A stretch of DNA of 26,403 nucleotides from a virus (Duplodnaviria; Caudoviricetes). The position numbers were made by a program, and so were the translations under genes. The notes beneath the pieces were generated by a model. That model saw nothing but the letters and a program-made list of their open reading frames with translations. It had not been told where the DNA came from and made no database searches. How positions within the stretch are numbered: the stretch's first letter is position 1; each line of letters begins with the position of its first letter. Of the stretch, positions 7,718 through 15,270 are shown in pieces. The stretch lies in IMG/VR virus record IMGVR_UViG_3300032218_000526, positions 1-26,403 of that record; one strand, 5' to 3'.

Positions 7718-10700
7718 ATGCCAATTTATTCAGTTCAAGCTCCTGATGGCAACATATACGACGTTAGCGGTCCTGAAGGAGCATCTCAGGCAGACTTGTT
7801 TGCGGCTACTGAACATTTAGTTCAACAAGCACGGGCTAATCAATTACAAGCAAAATTAGCGGAGCTACGTTCTGCGCCTATCCGCCCTGCGGAGGTCAGT
7901 GGTTTTGGTGCGGCTAAAGCTGCGGCTTGGCAAAACTTGCAAGCTGACCTCGCTGCGGTAGCCGGTAAGACAGGCATCATGAGTGAGGCTGATGCCGAAA
8001 AAACCATTGCCGAAAAGAAGAAAGAAGCTGCGCGAGTTTTTACTCCGACAGAAAACTGGTCTGATGCACCGTGGACTAAATTCAAAGAGCTAGTGGGTGG
8101 CACGTTACCTTATACGGTAGCTCCTTTAGCTGCGGGTGCTGCGGCTGCGGCGTTACCCGTTGTGGGTGTGGGCGGTGCAACTGCCGGATTGATCGGTACG
8201 GGTCTTGCAGGTTTAGCGTCTGCCACGCAGTTCACCGGATCGAACCTATCTGCACAAATGGAAGGTGATGGCGGGGATAAAAAATCTCTTGCCCAAACAG
8301 AACTTGCTCCTGCCATTGCAGGTGCGTTACCCCAAGCGGCGCTCGACATAGTGTCGTTTAAGATGATGCCTATCATTGGGCGTGCGTTTAAATCTATCGG
8401 TAAAGAACTTACAGAGGAACAACTCAAGCAAGTTGCCCAGCGCGGCTTGTTAAACAACATGGGTCGCAGTGGTCTGAAGACCGGAAGCGTTGAAAGCTTG
8501 ACCGAGACTGGGCAGCAGCTTATTGAGCGTCTGCAAGCAGGGTTTAGTATTACCGACGAAAAAGCCCGTGCAGAATATTTAGAAAGTGCAATCGGCGGTG
8601 GTGTATTAGGATTCCCGCTTGGTGCGTTAGGCGGTATCGGTGCGCGTGGTCGTGCAAGAAACAAGTTATCCGAGATCGAAGCCGGACGCAAACCACCTGA
8701 ACAAGTAGCGCCACCACAACTAACAGGGCAGGGGGAACTGTTCCCCGAACTCGCGGGTATTCAAGGTCCTGTCGCACCTCAAGGGGTCGAACCCCCAGAA
8801 TTAGCCTCTACTAGCCCTGAATCGTTGCCTTTAGACTTTGGTGAAAAACGGCAAGCAGAACTAGAGCAAACTTTTAATTCGCAAGAACCTGACTTGTTGG
8901 GCGATATCGTACCTGCGCGTAACGCTGAACCAGAACTTACTCCGTTAGAAGTACGTGCTAAAGAGTTAACACAAGAATTTATTGACAAGGGTGTACCACC
9001 GAAAGCAGCAGCGTTTGCTGCGTATCAACAAGCGCGTGATGAGCAGCGCGACGATACCCTCGCGTCAATGCAAAACGGTGAGATGTCTGATCCCCGCCAA
9101 AACGAGTTGCAGTTTGCCCCGCGAGGACAACTATCATTATTTAATGATGAGCAAGCGCCAACGCCAACCCGCGAAGAAGGACTCCAACGCGGTGTAGGTG
9201 AACAGCCTGAAGCCGAAGCTCCTGCACAACCCCAAGCAATCATCACTGCTCAAGCGTTAGACGTTCTGGGTATTCCTAAGAGCGCACCTGCTTACAAGTT
9301 ATCACTTGGTAAAGACCTTTCTGACCCGGTGCAACGGCTTGGCGTAAGTAATGCGCTGCGTAGCCTTGCGGCAAACCCGAATACAAAACCCAAAGTACGT
9401 ACGAACATCCAAAACGTGTTGCAACAATCCCCGTTCGTGCAAGTACAGGGTGAGTTGTTTGGTCCAAACGGTGGTGTACTTAGAACTAGAGAACCCACGC
9501 TTGCACGAATGATAACCAAGGAAGCTAAGAAAGCCGAGGAAGCTAAAAATGCTAACACGCCTAAGAGTACAGGAACTACCGCTGAGTCAGCCGCTGAGTC
9601 CGGAGCAAGTGAGTCGCCTGTGGACGTGGGTGGTGCGAGTGTCGAACCAACACCTGCAAGTACAGAAAGTACCACGGGAGTTTCGGAATCTAAAGAACAA
9701 GGACTGGCAGGTACTGGTCGAAGAGCTAAACCTGACAATGATGGAAAAGGAAAGGCACAGTCTTCAGTAGCCGAAGAAGAAATCTCGCAAGAAGAGCAAG
9801 ATGCGTTACAAGCCGAACTAGATGCCGAGCTTACCGGTGCGCCTGTGGAAGCTGAAGCCAAAGCCGAGGGAATTGACTGGGACTTTTTCAATAAAGAAAG
9901 TGCAAGAATAAAAAGAAAAGTAGCTAACGCTGAACGAGTTGAGCGCCGAGCTGAAATGGGTCCTGAATCAAAAGCCGCAAAAGAAAAATTAGCAAAGGCT
10001 TTAGAAGAAGGACGTAATTTCTACGCGAAGTGGAACCCTATAATTAACGCTGCGGCGGATAAAACCATTGCTAAAAGCGAAGCAAAAGCAGCTAAAGCCG
10101 AGTCTGAAACCGATAGTGAGGCTAAAGATAAAGCCTTAAACGAGAAGGTGCGTGAGTGGGATAAAGCTAACCGCACTATGCGTAATGAATCGTGGCAAGA
10201 CGGAGCGTTGCAAGCCAACCCAGCATTTGAAGCTGTGAAAGCGCAAGGGTCGTCTGTCCCTGCACATGGTATGTCTAAAGTTAGTACGCTTGGTCAAGGC
10301 GTTAAAGATTTAATTGCAATGGTAAACGGTGGGATTCGTCCGGGGCTATATTTTGAAGCCCTTACACGTCCTGACAAAGCAGCAGGCGCTGCGTCTGCTT
10401 CAGGTACTGCTGGTGGTGTAGCGTATCGTGATGGCCCATTTATCATTACGTTCCGTGAAGGAGTTACTAGCCCGACTTCAGCAGATATAACTGGCGTACT
10501 GGTTAACCCATCTATTGCAGAAATTATTCCCGCGCTTCGTGCTGTGCTGCCAAACGTTCGCATCGAGTCGTATCAAGACGTGCAAACACTTTTAGGTGAG
10601 CCAAATACTAAGGCAGAACCAAAAGCCAAACCTGCGCCTAAAGCTAAGAAAGAAACTAAGGCAGAACCTAAAGCCGAGCCTGAAACAAAGGCTGAAGAAG

Positions 10701-13700
10701 TTGCGCCTGAAGTGAACCCCGAGTGGGAAGAGCTTGCCGCAAAAGAAACCAACGAGTATCAAAAATGGTTTGCAACAAACGTTCAAAAGTACAAGATCGA
10801 CAAAGACGATATTGGCAAATCGCGTGACCCTGATCGTCGTAAGGTAGGCAGCTTACTTAGAGGTCCGGCGAAAGCAAAGAAAACAACTACAAGTGATCTT
10901 TTTGCTCGTAATTCTGCACATGTGTACTTCTCCAAGATGCCGCGTCTTGTGGATAACCTGCGTAACATTGCTTTCGATATTGCGGCTAACACCCCACGGT
11001 TCAAAGAAGGATTACAAAACGTTCCTGCACCTGAAGCTAAGTTCTTTAAGGGCATGAGCAAAACGGCAGCAGCGCATGCACAACGATGGGTGCAAGCAAA
11101 CTTAAGCACCGAAGCTAACGCTAAACTTGATGAAATGGTTATAGCGTACAAGGAAGAACAAATAAAGTTTGCGGATAAAAACTTTACAGACAAGTTGTTA
11201 GGGCATGATAAAACTTCCGCAGAATACGAACAAAAACACGAGGATGAAGTATTACTTCCCGCTGCCCGTGCGCTGCTTAACGTAAAGAAACGTACAAAGA
11301 AACCCACACCTTTGCACAAGACCGAGCCTGAAGTAAAAAACATAGCGTGGAAAGAAGCAAATGCGGAAGATATTATTGACAATATTGTTGACGATATATT
11401 GGGTGGTAGGGGATATAGAGAACTTCCACAAGATGCAGTAAGTCGTTTAGGTGTACCACTTCACCCTGCTGTCCGGGCCATGTTGGAAGCCGGTAACTTG
11501 CAGGGTGCGCTTAATGCGTTAGCAGGGCAAACCAATGGTATCGTCGGACGTATCGTGCGGCTTCTCGCAAGTGTCGTGGGTGGTACGCGAGTTGAGGTAG
11601 TGAACAACCTAGTTGGTGAAGATGGTAAACCCGCTGCCGGTCTGTTTGATCCTGCAACAAACACAATCCGCCTCGATTCAAAGACAGGGCTTAACAACCA
11701 CACGCTGATCCACGAGATGACGCACGGCGCGTTGTCGCACATCTTGGATAACGCAAACCATCCGGTAACTAGGCAGCTTACCAAAATATTCAATTCGGTA
11801 AAGCCTATGCTTGATACCGCCTACGGCGCTCAGAGCTTACAAGAGTTTGTTGCCGAGGCTTGGGGTAACGTCGAGTTCCGCGAGAAGTTAAGCGCCCTGC
11901 ACCCTGACGGTACGCCAATTTCAGCTTGGCAACGATTTACCAATACGGTTAAGAACTTCATGCGTTCTATGATTGGTATGCAGCACAAGAGTATTGAGTC
12001 TGCGTATGACCAAACAGATCGGTTAATGGAGTCAATCATTTCCCCTGCACCGGGGATGCGTACTGCGGGGTCGCTGTATTTGGCAGCGTCTAACCCTAGC
12101 GTAGCAAATGCGTTTTTTAATTCGATGGGTCAGGCGTACAGCAACATCCCGTATTTCAACACGGACACAAAAGACGCGTTCCGTAACGTCTTTACCGCCC
12201 GCATACCAGACGCGATTCGACGCTTCCTGTTAAGTGCTTTACCTGCGAACGCTTTATCAGACGTTGCCGAAAGCATCATCCCTATGGCTAAACAGTTTGA
12301 TAAACTCGTGCATCTGAAATCAGGTCGTGAGGGTAGGCTCTACAGCGAGGTCGAACCCACAATTAACCGTGTGCGTGACTGGGCTAAGAAACAGTCGGCT
12401 GACACCATGCGTAACTTCAATGACGTGGTGTACGAGAGTACCGTAAACCGTGTTGATCCGTCTAAGTTACGCAGTGCGTATGTGGACAAGTACGGCAACA
12501 GCCTGACCGACACAAGTGGCAACAAGCTTGCAGACGCGTGGGATGCCTTGGAACCCAAGTGGCGGGAATTGCAGAGGAACGGTGGCGCACAAGTCTACGG
12601 CGAGATGCGTGACACCTATAAGAAACTATACGATAAGATTGGGGACATTCTAAGAACCCGTATTGATGACGAGTTTGGTAAGTCAAAGGAAGCCACTAAA
12701 GCCTACGGTATGCTCAAGAAGTTGTTCGATGAGCGTGGCATCATTGAACCGTACTTCCCGTTAACTCGTCGCGGTGATTACTGGCTGTCATACAACATGG
12801 CGGTCAACAACCCTGACGGTACGCCTAAGAGTAACGAGCAGTACATCGAAGCATTCGAGACTAAGATTGCGCGGGATCGAGCGATTGCTGATTTGCAAGC
12901 AATGGCAGATGCGGATAAGAACCTTAAGTTCAGTGACGTAAATGAGTTTCGTAAGGGTGAGAAGATTAACTACAGCAACGCACCGTCATCGTCCTTTATG
13001 GGTCGAGTGCTAGATGTGCTTGATGCCAACAACGTTGGTGCAGAATCTCGCGAAGCCATCATGGAGTTGTATCTTAACGCCTTGCCTGAGAACTCATTTG
13101 CGCAATCGTTTAGAAACCGTAAAGACACACTTGGCTTTGACAAAGACGCTGTCCGTGCGTTTTCTAACAAGACCTACGGCATCACGCGCCAACTTGCAAA
13201 CGTTGAGTACGGCGCTAAGTTTCAGCAGCTTGGTAGTGACATATCTAAGTACGTTCGCAACTTAGTGGGTAACAAAGAACAAGCCCAAATGTATGAGCGC
13301 GAGTTTGCAAAACGCATTAAATTTGTGTTGCACCCGGAAGTATCAGAGTGGTCTAAACTCAGTACCTCGATAGGCTTTAATGCGTTGCTTGGATTTAACT
13401 TGTCTTCTGCGATTGTTAACTTAACGCAATTGCCGTTAGTCACTCTGCCTTATCTTGGCGGCAAGTACGGTTACTCCGAAACCATGAAAGCAATGGGGGA
13501 GGCGACACGTCTGTTTACAGCTAGTGGGTTTAAAGACAAAGCACGGGTAGACATTTTAGGTGTGAAGTCCGATATTGTTGCCGGACCATCTATGGCTAAC
13601 TACGACTGGTCTGATCCTTCTAAGCTGCCACCTGAGATTCGTAAGTACGCAGCCCTTGTAGAAAAAGCGTTGGATTACGGTCAACTTAATCGTTCACAGA

Positions 13701-14929
13701 TATTTGACATCCTTGCAGTGGACAAGACCGATAGCGTTGGCAATAAGGTAAACGCAATGTCGGGGTTTATGTTCCACCACGGTGAGCGCATGAACAGGGA
13801 AGTTACCCTTGCCACGGCGTACGACCTAGAATTGCAGCGGATGAAGTCAAACCCGACGAAAGAAGAAGCTGTGATGACCACTGCACAAAAGCAAGATCGT
13901 GCAGCAGAGAACGCTATTAACATCACCGAATTGACCAACGGTAGCGCCTCGGCTTCAGCAGCGCCTAGTCTGGCGCAAGGCAACATCGGTAGAATTTTGT
14001 TTATGTTCAAACGCTACGGCGTGTCGATGTATTACATGTTGTTCAAAACTGCGATGGAAACGGTCAAGGGTCAGGATGCCGCAACGCGGGGTGCTGCATT
14101 GCGTCAAGTTGCAGGTATCTACGGATCGTCTGCTTTACTTGCGGGTCTGAAGGGTGTGCCAATGTTTGGTATTGCCGCGATGATCTATAACATGATTAAA
14201 GAAGACGACGATGATGACTTTGAAACGCAAGTCCGTAAATGGACTAACGAGACCGTGTACAGCGGGGCGCTAAATGGTCTTACAAATCTTGAGTTTGCAT
14301 CTCGCATTGGTTTGAGTGACTTAATTTTTCGTGACCAAAAAGCGCCGGAAACCCAAACCGCGTTGCTCACATTGCTTGAAACCTTGGGCGGTCCGGTCTA
14401 CGGGGTAGGTAAAAAGTTTGAACGTGGTATCACGCTAATGAACGAGGGTCATATCGAGCGCGGCGTTGAACAAATGCTGCCTTCCGCTATTGGCAATATG
14501 CTTAAAGGTGTTCGATTCGGTACTGAGGGTGCAACGACCTTGCGTGGCGATCCGATTACGGGCGACATTAGCGCATGGAATGCAGGGGCGCAGATGCTTG
14601 GGTTTGCTCCGGCGGATTACATCGCACAGCAAGAGATCAATGCCAACGCTAAAGGCTTTGAGCGTACAGTTATTAAACAGCAAAAGTCGTTACTGCTTAA
14701 TTACTACATGGCTGCGCGTCAAGGTGACACCGAAGCGGTTCAAGATATTACGCAAAAGATGGGGGAGTTCAACAAGAAGCACCCCACCATTGCTATATCC
14801 GGCGATACGCTACGCAGGTCAATGGAAGGGCATGCCAAAGCGTCTGCACAAAAGTATCACGGTTTGACGTTTAACAAAAAGCTCTTGCCTGAGATTATGG
14901 CGGGCATACGGGAATACGACGCGGAATAA
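7718..14929 (+). CDS. Giant polyvalent internal virion/ejection protein with zincin metallopeptidase and PLxRFG-like C-terminal region
   Basis: The ORF track starts at 7676, but ATG 7718 (MPIYSVQAPDG) after the upstream stop at 7704 is more plausible. Gly/Ala-rich hydrophobic N-terminal segments; HEMTH at 11711-11725 followed by QEFVAEA; PYFPLTRRGDY at 12749-12781. Last gene of the structural arm. Confidence 0.8.
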   Translation: MPIYSVQAPDGNIYDVSGPEGASQADLFAATEHLVQQARANQLQAKLAELRSAPIRPAEVSGFGAAKAAAWQNLQADLAAVAGKTGIMSEADAEKTIAEKKKEAARVFTPTENWSDAPWTKFKELVGGTLPYTVAPLAAGAAAAALPVVGVGGATAGLIGTGLAGLASATQFTGSNLSAQMEGDGGDKKSLAQTELAPAIAGALPQAALDIVSFKMMPIIGRAFKSIGKELTEEQLKQVAQRGLLNNMGRSGLKTGSVESLTETGQQLIERLQAGFSITDEKARAEYLESAIGGGVLGFPLGALGGIGARGRARNKLSEIEAGRKPPEQVAPPQLTGQGELFPELAGIQGPVAPQGVEPPELASTSPESLPLDFGEKRQAELEQTFNSQEPDLLGDIVPARNAEPELTPLEVRAKELTQEFIDKGVPPKAAAFAAYQQARDEQRDDTLASMQNGEMSDPRQNELQFAPRGQLSLFNDEQAPTPTREEGLQRGVGEQPEAEAPAQPQAIITAQALDVLGIPKSAPAYKLSLGKDLSDPVQRLGVSNALRSLAANPNTKPKVRTNIQNVLQQSPFVQVQGELFGPNGGVLRTREPTLARMITKEAKKAEEAKNANTPKSTGTTAESAAESGASESPVDVGGASVEPTPASTESTTGVSESKEQGLAGTGRRAKPDNDGKGKAQSSVAEEEISQEEQDALQAELDAELTGAPVEAEAKAEGIDWDFFNKESARIKRKVANAERVERRAEMGPESKAAKEKLAKALEEGRNFYAKWNPIINAAADKTIAKSEAKAAKAESETDSEAKDKALNEKVREWDKANRTMRNESWQDGALQANPAFEAVKAQGSSVPAHGMSKVSTLGQGVKDLIAMVNGGIRPGLYFEALTRPDKAAGAASASGTAGGVAYRDGPFIITFREGVTSPTSADITGVLVNPSIAEIIPALRAVLPNVRIESYQDVQTLLGEPNTKAEPKAKPAPKAKKETKAEPKAEPETKAEEVAPEVNPEWEELAAKETNEYQKWFATNVQKYKIDKDDIGKSRDPDRRKVGSLLRGPAKAKKTTTSDLFARNSAHVYFSKMPRLVDNLRNIAFDIAANTPRFKEGLQNVPAPEAKFFKGMSKTAAAHAQRWVQANLSTEANAKLDEMVIAYKEEQIKFADKNFTDKLLGHDKTSAEYEQKHEDEVLLPAARALLNVKKRTKKPTPLHKTEPEVKNIAWKEANAEDIIDNIVDDILGGRGYRELPQDAVSRLGVPLHPAVRAMLEAGNLQGALNALAGQTNGIVGRIVRLLASVVGGTRVEVVNNLVGEDGKPAAGLFDPATNTIRLDSKTGLNNHTLIHEMTHGALSHILDNANHPVTRQLTKIFNSVKPMLDTAYGAQSLQEFVAEAWGNVEFREKLSALHPDGTPISAWQRFTNTVKNFMRSMIGMQHKSIESAYDQTDRLMESIISPAPGMRTAGSLYLAASNPSVANAFFNSMGQAYSNIPYFNTDTKDAFRNVFTARIPDAIRRFLLSALPANALSDVAESIIPMAKQFDKLVHLKSGREGRLYSEVEPTINRVRDWAKKQSADTMRNFNDVVYESTVNRVDPSKLRSAYVDKYGNSLTDTSGNKLADAWDALEPKWRELQRNGGAQVYGEMRDTYKKLYDKIGDILRTRIDDEFGKSKEATKAYGMLKKLFDERGIIEPYFPLTRRGDYWLSYNMAVNNPDGTPKSNEQYIEAFETKIARDRAIADLQAMADADKNLKFSDVNEFRKGEKINYSNAPSSSFMGRVLDVLDANNVGAESREAIMELYLNALPENSFAQSFRNRKDTLGFDKDAVRAFSNKTYGITRQLANVEYGAKFQQLGSDISKYVRNLVGNKEQAQMYEREFAKRIKFVLHPEVSEWSKLSTSIGFNALLGFNLSSAIVNLTQLPLVTLPYLGGKYGYSETMKAMGEATRLFTASGFKDKARVDILGVKSDIVAGPSMANYDWSDPSKLPPEIRKYAALVEKALDYGQLNRSQIFDILAVDKTDSVGNKVNAMSGFMFHHGERMNREVTLATAYDLELQRMKSNPTKEEAVMTTAQKQDRAAENAINITELTNGSASASAAPSLAQGNIGRILFMFKRYGVSMYYMLFKTAMETVKGQDAATRGAALRQVAGIYGSSALLAGLKGVPMFGIAAMIYNMIKEDDDDDFETQVRKWTNETVYSGALNGLTNLEFASRIGLSDLIFRDQKAPETQTALLTLLETLGGPVYGVGKKFERGITLMNEGHIERGVEQMLPSAIGNMLKGVRFGTEGATTLRGDPITGDISAWNAGAQMLGFAPADYIAQQEINANAKGFERTVIKQQKSLLLNYYMAARQGDTEAVQDITQKMGEFNKKHPTIAISGDTLRRSMEGHAKASAQKYHGLTFNKKLLPEIMAGIREYDAE
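9549..9770 (+). CDS. Candidate nested (overprinted) gene in the +1 frame of the giant gene, 73 aa
   Basis: GAGGA at 9536-9540, 8 nt before ATG 9549; TAG at 9768-9770. The product looks ordered and helical while the host frame here is a low-complexity linker. Confidence 0.45.
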   Translation: MLTRLRVQELPLSQPLSPEQVSRLWTWVVRVSNQHLQVQKVPREFRNLKNKDWQVLVEELNLTMMEKERHSLQ

Positions 14930-14956
14930 AAAAACCCCCGAGGGAGAGTCGGGGGT
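14928..14956 (-). terminator. Rho-independent terminator for - strand transcripts at the convergent junction
   Basis: - strand reads ACCCCCGA-CTCTCCC-TCGGGGGT then TTTTTT. 8-bp stem 14934-14941/14949-14956; the A run on + is 14928-14934. Confidence 0.8.
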
Positions 14957-15001
14957 CAAGGTACTACTAAACCAAGGAGTTTGATGGTGGAGAGCCATCA
15001 G
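14928..15001 (-). ncRNA. Candidate anti-Shine-Dalgarno small RNA (two hairpins with CUCUCC loops and a CUCCUUGGUUU linker)
   Basis: Extended -10 TG-A-TACTAT at 15015-15007; hairpin UGAUGG-CUCUCCA-CCAUCA; linker complementary to the RBSs at 24652-24662 and 19810-19819; ends in the terminator hairpin. Confidence 0.45.
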
Positions 15002-15006
15002 GAATA

Positions 15007-15015
15007 ATAGTATCA
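15007..15015 (-). promoter_or_regulatory. Possible extended -10 promoter (TGnTACTAT) for the candidate sRNA
   Basis: TGATACTAT on the - strand, overlapping the stop codon of the 85-aa ORF. No convincing -35. Confidence 0.35.
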
Positions 15016-15270
15016 CGCTATCCGCCAAAAGCGTACCCCCCACTTGCCATTTTCTATACGCACACGGCGTTCAACCTGAAAATTCTTTTTGTGCGCAATC
15101 TCATAAAATTGCGCGACTAACTCTGTTACGTTAACAGCCGGTACAAAAACCGAAGCTCCGGTAACAAAGTTTTCCCAGTCAATAACAATCCGTATGTTAT
15201 CGGGCGACAAGTCATCGTGCTTTATCCGTTCGCTAGTCGGAACGAACGGGCGTATACGTTGTCGTTTCAT
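15013..15270 (-). CDS. Small hypothetical phage protein downstream of primase-helicase
   Basis: 85-aa ORF overlapping the primase 3' end. IDW...SVFVP...GVRFWR pattern suggests a compact folded domain. Confidence 0.7.
   Translation of the reverse strand: MKRQRIRPFVPTSERIKHDDLSPDNIRIVIDWENFVTGASVFVPAVNVTELVAQFYEIAHKKNFQVERRVRIENGKWGVRFWRIA

Noticed and set aside
7840-14683. Many 60-200-aa antisense ORFs under the giant gene
   Set aside because: Antisense shadows of a long coding frame, with no recognisable motifs.
14819-15043. 74-aa - strand ORF across the convergent junction
   Set aside because: It runs through the terminator and antisense into the giant gene, with no RBS. The RNA-structure explanation fits better.
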